From positions 1-47,061 of the forward strand of contig JBDLIP010000002.1 in the NCBI GenBank assembly GCA_039714795.1: DNA of 47,061 bases, written 5' to 3'. The notes under the pieces were generated by a model that saw only the letters and a program-made list of their open reading frames with translations, was not told where the DNA came from and searched no databases. How positions within the stretch are numbered: the stretch's first letter is position 1; each line of letters opens with the position of its first letter. This DNA is from Pseudomonadota bacterium. Lineage in GTDB: Bacteria > Pseudomonadota > Alphaproteobacteria > JAGOMX01. Positions 1-9,159 of this stretch are shown one piece after another. Position numbers and translations under genes: made by a program.

Positions 1-1
1 A

Positions 2-274
2 TTAAAAATGAGTGCATTCTGTCAGAAAATCTGATACCAAGAAGGTAGGACTTGATCGATGAGATTGGGCCTTTGTAGTATCTAAGAAACGAAGGTCATT
101 TGTCCGATTCCCGCTGAACCAACACAGTTTCATCCCTCCGGTTTCTTGCATTATTTTAAAGGACAGTTGGGTATTTAAAAGGAGTTGCGCAAGCCAAGGT
201 TCCCAAGTGAGAATTTGGGTAAAATCAAATTGTGTTACGACTGGGTTACCGTCTTCATTGAACTTTATTATCAA
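2..274 (-). CDS. hypothetical protein (90 aa)
   Basis: Complete ORF (ATG at 274, TAA at 2-4). No recognisable motif. Kept only because nothing else occupies this space. Confidence 0.25.
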   Translation of the reverse strand: MIIKFNEDGNPVVTQFDFTQILTWEPWLAQLLLNTQLSFKIMQETGGMKLCWFSGNRTNDLRFLDTTKAQSHRSSPTFLVSDFLTECTHF

Positions 275-450
275 AGTTTCATTGTTTAGTTTTTCTAAAT
301 TCTTGTTGACTATATTTATTTGAAATGCGGTTATTTTACTACTGAGATTTTCGCTTTCTTCGGACTTAGCCTTGTTAGCAAACCTGAAAGTAACTCAGCA
401 TCACGCATACACGTGCCGCAGATATCAAAAACTAACTGCAATCGTGACTC

Positions 451-473
451 AAAAACCCTTATTTTTCAAGGGG
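451..473 (-). terminator. candidate rho-independent terminator downstream of the 538..894 gene
   Basis: The minus strand reads CCCTT-GAAAAAT-AAGGG followed by TTTTT. A longer imperfect hairpin at about 481-527 (CTTGAAAAA.../...TTTTTCAAG) precedes it. Confidence 0.35.
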
Positions 474-537
474 TGCAGCGCATTCTACCTTGAAAAACGC
501 GGATAGCAAGCGTGTTTTTTCAAGCTGGACTAAACCT

Positions 538-894
538 TTAAGATTGCTTTTTCATTTCAAGATCACGTAGATCTTCATATTTTTTGCGCAACTCTGCCAT
601 GGGATCTACGAGACTTTTAAAATCACTGATAACTGTATGTAATAAATCAAGCTTTTCTTTGGCGCACTGCTTCTTTGCATCAGCCACTGCATCTCGTAAT
701 TTTTTGGCGGCTATTTCTTCAGGTGTTGGTGGTTTAGTAGGTGGGGTAATTACTTGCTGTATTTTTTTAGTTATTATATCTGTTGCAGTAACTTCAGTAC
801 TAGCTTGAGGTTGGGCCACTTCTCTTGCAACAGCAGAATCGACCATAGCAATCCATAAATATGCACAGGTTAAAAACACAGCTGCTTTAAACAT
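538..894 (-). CDS. small secreted protein (118 aa), paralog of 1024..1272
   Basis: N-terminal signal peptide MFKAAVFLTCAYLWIAMVDSAVA. GGGAGA Shine-Dalgarno upstream of the ATG. C-terminal K/E-rich helix with a single Cys (KKQCAKEK). Confidence 0.55.
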   Translation of the reverse strand: MFKAAVFLTCAYLWIAMVDSAVAREVAQPQASTEVTATDIITKKIQQVITPPTKPPTPEEIAAKKLRDAVADAKKQCAKEKLDLLHTVISDFKSLVDPMAELRKKYEDLRDLEMKKQS

Positions 895-1023
895 ACCAAT
901 TGTCTCCCTTTGTGTCTTTCTATTTGTGTCTTTCTAAAGGTGCTTTTCTGCTGCCTTTACCTTATACAAGAAAGGTAAATGAATTGTTCACAACCTGCAA
1001 GTATGTTCTAAATGATCAAAAAT

Positions 1024-1272
1024 TTAGGATAAATCATCAAGAGATTTCTCAACCTTACTGAGCATTTTTCTGAGGTCTTCGCGTACAGCTCTTAAAATTT
1101 TGCGTTTTTCAGCTTGACACTTGGTGTCACCTTTCTTGGTTTTGGTGCCAGTCCCACCTAAAAACCCTCGCAGAAATCTTTCTGCCTGTGATGGATCTTT
1201 TTGGGGATCAGCACTGAGGGGAGTAACCGCTGATATACTGAGTATAATCCCTAATATAAAATAGTTTGTCAT
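1024..1272 (-). CDS. small secreted protein (82 aa from the internal ATG), paralog of 538..894
   Basis: The ATG at 1272 is preceded by AAGGA. Signal peptide MTNYFILGIILSISAVTPLSA. The C-terminal motif TKCQAEKRKILRAVREDLRKM aligns with KQCAKEKLDLLHTVISDFKSL of the neighbouring gene. Confidence 0.5.
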   Translation of the reverse strand: MTNYFILGIILSISAVTPLSADPQKDPSQAERFLRGFLGGTGTKTKKGDTKCQAEKRKILRAVREDLRKMLSKVEKSLDDLS

Positions 1273-1332
1273 GTTATTTTTCCTTTTGCGATGAGTTAAT
1301 GCAAGAATAGCAAACAAGGATTAAAAATTTAT

Positions 1333-2781
1333 CTACTCTTGCTCAAATAAAATAGTAGCAGCTTGCTCAGACTGAGACACTAGAGGCTCAGGAAACAGGA
1401 AATAAAATAAATTTAAGCCTGCACTTACAGCAATCACCAGGGCTGTTTCCCGGGCCAAGGGTCGATCATATGGGAGAGTTGCATCCCCGCCTACGGGCCC
1501 ATCAAAATACATTACCTTTATAATCCGCAAGTAGTAAGTTGCTCCTATGACCGTTGTCAACACACCAAGGATTGCCAGTGGGTATAGTCCTGCATCAACA
1601 GCCGCCAGAAAAACCGTAAACTTTGCAAAAAAACCGGCAAGTGGGGGAATTCCTGCCAGAGAAAACATCAAAATTGCCAGCGCTAAAGCCATGTGTGGAT
1701 TTAGCTTTGAAAGCCCTTTTAGATCATTGATATGCACCGGTGTTTCTCCATGACGGCGCAAATGCATGAGACATGAAAATGCCCCTAAGGCCATCAGCGC
1801 ATACAATACGATATAGATGAGCACACTATGGACTCCCTCTAAGCTAGCACAAGAAACACCAATGAGGGCATAACCAACGTGAGCAATAGCACTGTAGGCT
1901 AGCAAACGTTTGAGGTTGGTTTGAAACAGAGCCGCAAAGACTCCCAACAGCATCGAAAGAATAGCCAAACCTTGAACCAGAGGTTGCCAGATATCTACGT
2001 AGTCAGCAAAGGGTCCAAACAAAAATCGGATCATAAAGACCATTGCTGCAACCTTTGGGGCTGTTGCAATGAAGAGTGTGACAGGTGTTGGTGCTCCTTC
2101 ATAGACATCAGGTGTCCACATATGAAACGGCACGGCCGAAATCTTGAAGGCCATGCCTGCAAGAATCAGCACCAATGCCCATACAACTGAATAAGGAATC
2201 TGAGGCTCGCTTTCTAAAGCAGCTTTGATTCCATAAAATTCTGTTGTGCCAGTATAACCGTAGATAAAGCTTGCTCCATAAAGGATTAAAATAGTTGCTA
2301 AACCCCCTAGAATAAAATATTTCACTGCTGCTTCAATGGTAACCGATTTGTTGCGCAACATTGCCACCAGAATATAGACAGGAAGACTTTGTAGTTCGAG
2401 CCCCACAAAAAAGAGCAAAAGATCATTGGCGGCAATGAGCATAATCATTCCCAAGGCGGAAATCATAATAAGAATTGGATACTCAAAACGCCCCACTTTC
2501 TCTCGAATCAGATAGCGATAGGAAGAGAGCAAGCCCCCAAAAGTCAATAGCAAAACCACCGCTTGGGCAAAGCGAATATACCCGTCACTGATCAAAAGCG
2601 ATCGGTTTTCAATTCCCATGGTGATGTTATCAGGCTCCAGGAAGGTCACTAGCAATGCACCCAACAAGGCACCGCCAGTTCCTCCAACCACAAGTGGGAG
2701 GCTTTTATCACCTTTGAATACACCAATCAGTAACAGAGCGCAGGTTGAAATCGCAAGGACCAACTCCGGCATAACTGTCAT
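1333..2781 (-). CDS. nuoN: NADH-quinone oxidoreductase subunit N
   Basis: Polytopic membrane protein with the NuoN signature AVPFHMWTPDVYEGAPTPVT. Follows nuoM. The start is uncertain: ATG at 2781 (MTVMPELVL) was chosen over GTG at 2829, which overlaps nuoM by 35 nt. Confidence 0.93.
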   Translation of the reverse strand: MTVMPELVLAISTCALLLIGVFKGDKSLPLVVGGTGGALLGALLVTFLEPDNITMGIENRSLLISDGYIRFAQAVVLLLTFGGLLSSYRYLIREKVGRFEYPILIMISALGMIMLIAANDLLLFFVGLELQSLPVYILVAMLRNKSVTIEAAVKYFILGGLATILILYGASFIYGYTGTTEFYGIKAALESEPQIPYSVVWALVLILAGMAFKISAVPFHMWTPDVYEGAPTPVTLFIATAPKVAAMVFMIRFLFGPFADYVDIWQPLVQGLAILSMLLGVFAALFQTNLKRLLAYSAIAHVGYALIGVSCASLEGVHSVLIYIVLYALMALGAFSCLMHLRRHGETPVHINDLKGLSKLNPHMALALAILMFSLAGIPPLAGFFAKFTVFLAAVDAGLYPLAILGVLTTVIGATYYLRIIKVMYFDGPVGGDATLPYDRPLARETALVIAVSAGLNLFYFLFPEPLVSQSEQAATILFEQE

Positions 2782-2794
2782 TAAAACATCTAGG

Positions 2795-4315
2795 TTATCC
2801 ACTGATTTCTCCCTGTTCTGGCTTATCACCTTCTTCTGGTGGTTGATAAACAGTTACAATTTTTTTAACTGAAGAGGAGGTAAGGTTTAGTGCAGGCATC
2901 GGATAAATCCCCAAAGCAAGGGTTAACACCACAAGTGGTGCAAAAACTAAGCATTCTCGAATACTCAAGTCCTTTAAGGTCTGTAGAGATTCTTTTTCAA
3001 GGGGCCCTAACATCACACGGCGGTACAACCACAACATGTAGGTGACTGTTAATATCATTCCTGTTGCTGCACAGGCTGCCCACCACCACTCTATTTGAAA
3101 AACAGCCAAGATCACAAAAATCTCACCGATGAAGCCACTAGTACCTGGCAGAGCAAGAGCAGCTAGTGAAAAAATCATATAGCCTACAGCAAAAATAGGC
3201 ATACGATTTACAACCCCGCCATAGTCTTCAATCAACCTTGAGTGTTTTCGGTCATACAAGACCCCAACGCACAAAAATAAGGCAGCAGAGACAAGGCCGT
3301 GACTAAACATCTGAAACAAAGCCCCTTGTAAGCCTATTTCTGAGAAACTAAAGACACCAAATGTTACAAAGCCCATATGGGCAACAGAGGAATAGGCAAC
3401 CAATTTTTTCATATCTTTTTGCACCAATGCTACCAAGGAAGTGTAGATGATGGCTGTAATGCTCAGCACATAGACAAAATTTGCAAAATATTGACTGGCC
3501 TCAGGAAACATGGGAAGAGAAAAACGCACAAAGCCATAACCGCCCATTTTCAGTAAAATTCCAGCTAAAATCACAGAACCTGCGGTTGGTGCTTCTACAT
3601 GTGCATCCGGTAACCAAGTATGTACGGGCCACATCGGTAACTTGACGGCAAAGGAAGCAAAGAAGGCGAGCCACAACCATTTTTGTAAATCAGAATCAAA
3701 GCAATACTGCATAGCTTCAGGAATTCCCATGGATCCAACTTTTAAGTATATTGCTAAAATTGCGACCAACATTAAAACTGATCCCAGCAGAGTAAACAAA
3801 AAGAACTTATAAGCTGCATAAACTCGGCGTTCACCTCCCCAAATGCCAATGATCAAAAACATCGGGATTAAAACGCCCTCAAAGAAAAAGTAGAACACAA
3901 TAAAATCAAGCGAACAAAACATACCCAGTAGCATGGTTTCCAGAACCAGAAAAACTATCATATATTCCTTAACGCGGAATTGAATAGCTTGCCAGCTGGA
4001 TAGCAAGGCAATCGGCATCAATATAGTTGTTAAAAGGATAAACAGCATCGAAATGCCATCGATCCCCACATGGTAAAAAATATTAAAGGAGGCGATCCAC
4101 GACACTTTTTCCTGTAACTGAAATTCAGGGTTATTGAAGTCTACCTGCAATGCAACTACAACAGCAACAACTAAAGTTGCCAGACTCGCCAAAAGGGCTA
4201 CTCCTCGAGCATTTGCAGCTTGTGCTTCACCTTGGCCGTGGATCATAAGAATAAACAGACAGCCGATCAAGGGCAGAAAAATCAGTAAAGAGACAAAAGG
4301 CAAGTCGTAGGTCAT
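2795..4315 (-). CDS. nuoM: NADH-quinone oxidoreductase subunit M
   Basis: Motif WPVHTWLPDAHVEAPTAGSVILAGILLKMGGYG. Start taken at ATG 4315 (MTYDLPFVSLL), just after the nuoL stop at 4327. Confidence 0.95.
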   Translation of the reverse strand: MTYDLPFVSLLIFLPLIGCLFILMIHGQGEAQAANARGVALLASLATLVVAVVVALQVDFNNPEFQLQEKVSWIASFNIFYHVGIDGISMLFILLTTILMPIALLSSWQAIQFRVKEYMIVFLVLETMLLGMFCSLDFIVFYFFFEGVLIPMFLIIGIWGGERRVYAAYKFFLFTLLGSVLMLVAILAIYLKVGSMGIPEAMQYCFDSDLQKWLWLAFFASFAVKLPMWPVHTWLPDAHVEAPTAGSVILAGILLKMGGYGFVRFSLPMFPEASQYFANFVYVLSITAIIYTSLVALVQKDMKKLVAYSSVAHMGFVTFGVFSFSEIGLQGALFQMFSHGLVSAALFLCVGVLYDRKHSRLIEDYGGVVNRMPIFAVGYMIFSLAALALPGTSGFIGEIFVILAVFQIEWWWAACAATGMILTVTYMLWLYRRVMLGPLEKESLQTLKDLSIRECLVFAPLVVLTLALGIYPMPALNLTSSSVKKIVTVYQPPEEGDKPEQGEISG

Positions 4316-4326
4316 TATTCTCGCTT

Positions 4327-6237
4327 TTAAGTTAACATCAAAAAATACCAAATAACGAAGGTCGCAACTCCAAACATCATTCCAAAAGCATAATGGTATA
4401 CATAACCTGTTTGAATTTGGCTGGTACGATTGGCCACTTGCAATGCGAGCTGGGATAGCCCATCAGGCCCAAATCCATCGATGATTTTACGATCACCCGT
4501 CTGCCAAAACGTTATACCTAAAAGTAATCCAGGTCGTACAAACAACAAGTCATATAATTCGTCGAAATACCATTTGTGTAGAAGAAACTGATAGCCCCAG
4601 CGGATCCGGGCTGCCAGCTGACGAGGAATTTCAGACCATAGACCATAGAATAGAATCGCGATACCAATTCCGCTAACAGCTAATGCTTCAGATAAAATAT
4701 GAGCCCATTGCGGGCCAGTGTGGCCGTCTACAATGGGTACACTGCCGGCCCAAAAATCTTGTGCATGGGTGGTAAACCATCCCCAGGTGTTACACAGAGT
4801 ACCTGAAAAAATGGCACCCAGCGCAAGTATAAACATTGCAATCGTCATACTGGTGGGCGCTTCGTGCAAATAGCCCATAACTTGCTCGCTAGCTCGTGGA
4901 GTGCCGTGAAAGGTCAACCATAGAAGGCGCCAAGAATAAAAAGCCGTGAGAAATACGGTTACAATGGCTAAACTAAATGCAATAAAGGTTAAATCTGTCG
5001 GGTGCGCCCAAGTTGCATCCAATATCAGGGATTTCGAGTAAAATCCAGCAAAGAACGGAATACCGGCAAGGGCCAAGTTGCCAATCCACATCATGGTATA
5101 GGTCAAGGGGATTCGTTTCCAAACTCCACCCATTTTCTGCATATCATGTTCATCAGAAAGCGCATGGATTACTGAGCCTGCTCCTAAAAACAACAAAGCC
5201 TTAAAGAAAGCATGCGTCGTTAAATGAAACATTGCGGCAGAATAAGCCGAAAGACCGATAGCAAAAAACATATACCCCAATTGACTGCATGTTGAATACG
5301 CAATTACCCGTTTGATATCATTTTGCGTTAAGGCAACAGTTCCTGCAAAAAAAGCTGTCATAGCGCCGACTATCATCACGATATCTCGAGTCACTGGAGC
5401 AAGCTCATAAAGGGGAGACATTCTCACCAGCAGAAAAACCCCCGCAGTCACCATCGTTGCTGCATGAATCAGAGCTGACACTGGCGTTGGGCCCTCCATG
5501 GCATCAGGCAGCCATGTGTGCAGTCCTAATTGTGCTGATTTTCCCATAGCACCAACAAATAGTAAAACTGCAATGAGCTCGAGTGTAGGAACAGAGTGTC
5601 CCCACACGATCAATGTTCCCTCATGTGCAGAGGGCAAAGCAGTGAGAACTTCAGGAATGCTTAAGGTGTTGAAGGTCATAAATAGTGCAGCAAGTCCTAA
5701 GACCAAGCCAAAATCACCCACGCGATTGACAAGGAAGGCTTTGATCGCTGCAGCATTTGCCGCAGGCTTTTTGTACCAATATCCAATCAAAAGATATGAA
5801 GTGAGCCCCACGCCCTCCCAGCCAAAGAAGAGTTGCACAAGATTTTCAGCTGTGACCAGCATCAACATCATAAAGGTAAACAGGCTTAAGTAGGCCATAA
5901 AGCGGGGAATTGACTGATCTTTGGCCATGTAGCCTACAGAATAGATGTGCACCACAAATGAAACTGTTGTAACGACCGCAAGCATCAAGCTGCTGAGGCT
6001 ATCAAAAACCAAACTCCATTGCACACTTAATGTCCCCACTTCAAACCATGTAAATATGGGCAGAGTCACTGGATGATGTAACAAATTGACATCAAAAAAG
6101 ATAGTCCAGGACGCAAGAGATGAAAAAGCTAACAACGTACATGTAATAAATTGGCTAAAACGGTCGCCCATTCTGGGACCTAAAATTCCTGACAGCAAAA
6201 AACCGAGCAGGGGGGCAAAGACAGCGAAATAATACAT
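4327..6237 (-). CDS. nuoL: NADH-quinone oxidoreductase subunit L
   Basis: 636 aa antiporter-like subunit. Motif LHTWLPDAMEGPTPVSALIHAATMVTAGVFL. Confidence 0.96.
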   Translation of the reverse strand: MYYFAVFAPLLGFLLSGILGPRMGDRFSQFITCTLLAFSSLASWTIFFDVNLLHHPVTLPIFTWFEVGTLSVQWSLVFDSLSSLMLAVVTTVSFVVHIYSVGYMAKDQSIPRFMAYLSLFTFMMLMLVTAENLVQLFFGWEGVGLTSYLLIGYWYKKPAANAAAIKAFLVNRVGDFGLVLGLAALFMTFNTLSIPEVLTALPSAHEGTLIVWGHSVPTLELIAVLLFVGAMGKSAQLGLHTWLPDAMEGPTPVSALIHAATMVTAGVFLLVRMSPLYELAPVTRDIVMIVGAMTAFFAGTVALTQNDIKRVIAYSTCSQLGYMFFAIGLSAYSAAMFHLTTHAFFKALLFLGAGSVIHALSDEHDMQKMGGVWKRIPLTYTMMWIGNLALAGIPFFAGFYSKSLILDATWAHPTDLTFIAFSLAIVTVFLTAFYSWRLLWLTFHGTPRASEQVMGYLHEAPTSMTIAMFILALGAIFSGTLCNTWGWFTTHAQDFWAGSVPIVDGHTGPQWAHILSEALAVSGIGIAILFYGLWSEIPRQLAARIRWGYQFLLHKWYFDELYDLLFVRPGLLLGITFWQTGDRKIIDGFGPDGLSQLALQVANRTSQIQTGYVYHYAFGMMFGVATFVIWYFLMLT

Positions 6238-6245
6238 CCTTGAAT

Positions 6246-6557
6246 CTATCCCTTCATCACACTTAGATCTTGTAGATCAACTGTTGCCCGATTTCTAAAG
6301 TACAGCATGACAATGGCAAGACCAATGGCGACTTCAGCAGCTGCCACAGTTAAAATAAAAAGCACAAAAACCTGGCCGACCAAATCTCCCAGATGAGATG
6401 AAAACGCCACAAAATTGATATTAATTGCCAGCAACATCAACTCAAAGGACATTAAAATGGTAATCACATTTTTGCGCGCCAAAATCACACCGGCCAAACC
6501 AATGGTAAACAAGCAAGCTGCAAGAGTTAGGTAGTGGCTTAAACCGATTGTTAACAT
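6246..6557 (-). CDS. nuoK: NADH-quinone oxidoreductase subunit K
   Basis: 103 aa with 3 TM helices. Motif [16 protein letters not shown]. Overlaps the nuoJ stop by 7 nt. Confidence 0.95.
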   Translation of the reverse strand: MLTIGLSHYLTLAACLFTIGLAGVILARKNVITILMSFELMLLAININFVAFSSHLGDLVGQVFVLFILTVAAAEVAIGLAIVMLYFRNRATVDLQDLSVMKG

Positions 6558-7444
6558 GCTTTTCCAATCATCGAATCAATTCCTTGGCCAGATTCAACGG
6601 TTTTAATCTCTACAGCTTCTTTTGGGCTACGATAAATCTGTGTTCGCACATCCTGGCGCTTGACGTCCGGGCGCCGCCTGAGCGTCAAGACAATGGCTCC
6701 GATCATTGCCACCAAAAGGACAAGTCCTACGGTTTGAAAGACATAAACATAATCGGTGTAGATAAGCTGTCCTAGTGCATGGGTATTCGATAAAACGGTA
6801 TCGGGAGGGGTGGGTGCCATTAAAACTTCTTCGGACCCTGCCCCGCGCAACCATACTCTGGTAACTACCAAGGCTTCCGCCAATAACAAGCTCAACACCA
6901 AAACTCCCATTGGCATTTTCCGACAAAAGGCATCAAAAATTTTTCTCCATGATCTATGGCACACTCGGGTGAAGAAAAGTTCAGTTAGTACTCCACCCAA
7001 TACGAGCGAGCAAAAGACAATGACAGCTGTGATGGAGTCTGGACGGGAAAAGTCAAATTTTTGAGCGGTTAATTGTTGGGTCAAAAGAGTAATTAGTACC
7101 ACAGTTGCAGCAATGAAGATGGCTGCAACAAGCACATAGGCTAAAAACCAGGAAAAGGAAAGAGCAAAGGCCCGCATTTTTGGAATCAGCGGTTTTCTTG
7201 TCGTTGGTTGTTTGATCTCCAGCATCATTACCACAAAAAGAAATAAAACGGCAATGGCTCCTACATAAACCACCACAAGCATCATGGCCAGAAATTCTGC
7301 CCGCATCAAAACAAAAAGGCCAGCAGCATTGAAAAAAGCTAGAATGAGAAAGAAAACAGAGTGTACGGGATTACGGGCGGTGATCACCATCACTGCCGAG
7401 CCCAAGATGACAGCTGAAAACAGATAAAAGGCAAGTGCGTCCAT
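6551..7444 (-). CDS. nuoJ: NADH-quinone oxidoreductase subunit J, unusually long (297 aa) with an internal insertion
   Basis: Conserved N-terminus [75 protein letters not shown]. Conserved C-terminal block [40 protein letters not shown]. Start placed at ATG 7444. The upstream 43 codons of the ORF have no NuoJ similarity. Confidence 0.9.
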   Translation of the reverse strand: MDALAFYLFSAVILGSAVMVITARNPVHSVFFLILAFFNAAGLFVLMRAEFLAMMLVVVYVGAIAVLFLFVVMMLEIKQPTTRKPLIPKMRAFALSFSWFLAYVLVAAIFIAATVVLITLLTQQLTAQKFDFSRPDSITAVIVFCSLVLGGVLTELFFTRVCHRSWRKIFDAFCRKMPMGVLVLSLLLAEALVVTRVWLRGAGSEEVLMAPTPPDTVLSNTHALGQLIYTDYVYVFQTVGLVLLVAMIGAIVLTLRRRPDVKRQDVRTQIYRSPKEAVEIKTVESGQGIDSMIGKAC

Positions 7445-7692
7445 CAACACTCTTTCGTGTTTTGAAATTTGACTCAGTATAGCAACGTTTTTACTCGGTG
7501 CAAATGGGGAATTAAGAGATTCAGCCACTCCAGCTGTATGGTTGGAGCAATTCGCCACAGTTATACACTTCATGGACTCAATCAGACAAACATAAAATTA
7601 AGGTGTGACGAAGCACTAGTTACATTTCTCAAGAGTCGAGGATTTTATGGAATTTTGTCAGCAATGCCTTCCATCTTCTTTTCCAAACCTGC

Positions 7693-7923
7693 TATACTGA
7701 AGTGGAATTAAAACCTCTGTTTCCTGATACGCTCGAAGTGCTCATTTACCCAAGTAAACTGCGCGCTTCTCGCTATCATTAAACTAGAGGTTTTGAGTTC
7801 ACGATATACCCGTGCTGAATCAAAATGTTGAATTTTATGGCAGTGAAAAGCGCGCAGTTTACTTGGGTAAATGAGCACTTTGAGTGCACCAGAAAATCAA
7901 CAGTTTGATTCAGCTTCAGTATA
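7693..7923. repeat. composite of two head-to-head MITE/RPE-like palindromic elements (unit A 7693-7809, unit B 7806-7923)
   Basis: A perfect 30-nt inverted repeat joins the two cores: GTGCTCATTTACCCAAGTAAACTGCGCGCT at 7738-7767 and its reverse complement at 7849-7878. Unit B is nearly identical (reverse complement) to the copy at 27463-27581. The termini are TATAC...GTATA. Confidence 0.9.
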
Positions 7924-7963
7924 GTATAGAATTAAAATAATAAAAGCAAAATAGGGAGCAGAT

Positions 7964-8485
7964 ATGGTAAAGCAGATATTAATTTTTCTGTGGTTTGCAA
8001 TTGTGTCACTGGTAACTGCACCGATAATGGCTAACTCGACTAAACAAGAGAAGATTGAGAAAAAAGAAGAGAAAAAAGGTGGTCAAGCAGACCCAGAAAA
8101 AAATGAAGAGAAGGGTCAAACTGAAGTTGAGGAGAAAGCTGGAGAAAAACCAGAATCAACAGCAGAATTGACGTATCGCAGTCTGCATTTGCCGCAATTT
8201 GTTGAAATGCCCGAGGAACCTCCCGAGTCAAATCCGGCACAGTTGGGGAAATTGCGTGAAGAAAAAGAGCAACTTGAGATTCTGATTAAGGATGATTTAC
8301 AAAATCTTCAGGCAATCAAGCAGGGATTTGAAGATCAGCAATCGGCTTTGCCTCAGCATGAATGGAAAGAAGCGCTTGTTACCAGCAAAGATAAAGAAAC
8401 TGAGATTCAGCAAAGGATTTCACGAAATATGGAGGCCCTTGAGAAAGTAAAAAATGAGCTGACGTATCTAACGGGGATTTTATGA
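7964..8485 (+). CDS. secreted acidic coiled-coil protein (173 aa), hypothetical
   Basis: Signal peptide MVKQILIFLWFAIVSLVTAPIMA. GGGAGCA Shine-Dalgarno-like sequence upstream. E/K-rich low-complexity region followed by heptad-like sequence. Confidence 0.6.
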   Translation: MVKQILIFLWFAIVSLVTAPIMANSTKQEKIEKKEEKKGGQADPEKNEEKGQTEVEEKAGEKPESTAELTYRSLHLPQFVEMPEEPPESNPAQLGKLREEKEQLEILIKDDLQNLQAIKQGFEDQQSALPQHEWKEALVTSKDKETEIQQRISRNMEALEKVKNELTYLTGIL

Positions 8486-9154
8486 ATCTTTCATTTCAGC
8501 CAAAACTTCCCGCACCAATGGGATCGTAATTTTGCGCTGTTTTGCCAGGGCAAGTTCATTCATTTTCTGCACCACATGTTTAACGCTTGCAAAAGAGCGG
8601 TCGATGCGGGGCAGGATATAATCCACCACGTTGGTTGAGATCATAATTTGCTGGTCGGCAAACAGTTTAATCATGATGGCTTTGAGCAGTGCATCATCGG
8701 GTTGGCAAATGGCAACTGCGGGTGTTGCGTTAAGACGTGAGCTAAGATCAGCAAGTGTGAGCTCCCACATTTTAGGATGAGTTTCAGTGTTGATCAGCAA
8801 AAATTGCTGCTGTTCTTTGGCAAGATTATATAGATGCAGCAGGGCTTTTTGATTTACCGGTTGGTTAATCTGATCTAGAGCAATTGAGCAGGGTTTTTCA
8901 TGCCAGCGGCCTAAATCAAAATCGTCCCACTGTTGACCAGACAACAGTTGTGCTCCTGATTTTTCAGCCCAGATGTGAGCTAGATGGGTTTTACCGCAGC
9001 CTAAGGGGCCGTAGAGAGTCAGAGCGTGTGCAGGCCACTGCGGCCATTGGTTAATCCACTGCCAGGCTGCTTCATTGCTGCTTGATGCGACAAAGTCACC
9101 GGCATGGTAGGTAGGGGCCAGATGTAAATTTAGGGCTGATTGTACCACGGACAT
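8480..9154 (-). CDS. hdaA: DnaA-related regulatory protein HdaA
   Basis: 224 aa. P-loop LYGPLGCGKTHLAHIWA. N-terminal FVASSSNEAAWQWINQWPQWP is typical of the Hda/HdaA family. Confidence 0.8.
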   Translation of the reverse strand: MSVVQSALNLHLAPTYHAGDFVASSSNEAAWQWINQWPQWPAHALTLYGPLGCGKTHLAHIWAEKSGAQLLSGQQWDDFDLGRWHEKPCSIALDQINQPVNQKALLHLYNLAKEQQQFLLINTETHPKMWELTLADLSSRLNATPAVAICQPDDALLKAIMIKLFADQQIMISTNVVDYILPRIDRSFASVKHVVQKMNELALAKQRKITIPLVREVLAEMKDS

Positions 9155-9159
9155 GACAC

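Noticed and set aside
275-450. Possible additional degenerate copy of the repeat family (CACGTGCCGCAGATATCAAAAACTAACTGC)
   Set aside because: It resembles the element terminus only over about 20 nt with several mismatches, and there is no core motif. The evidence is too weak to call.
7445-7573. N-terminal 43-codon extension of the nuoJ ORF (MKCITVANCSNHTAGV...)
   Set aside because: It has no similarity to NuoJ. The conserved N-terminus starts exactly at the internal ATG at 7444, so the extension is most likely untranslated leader.
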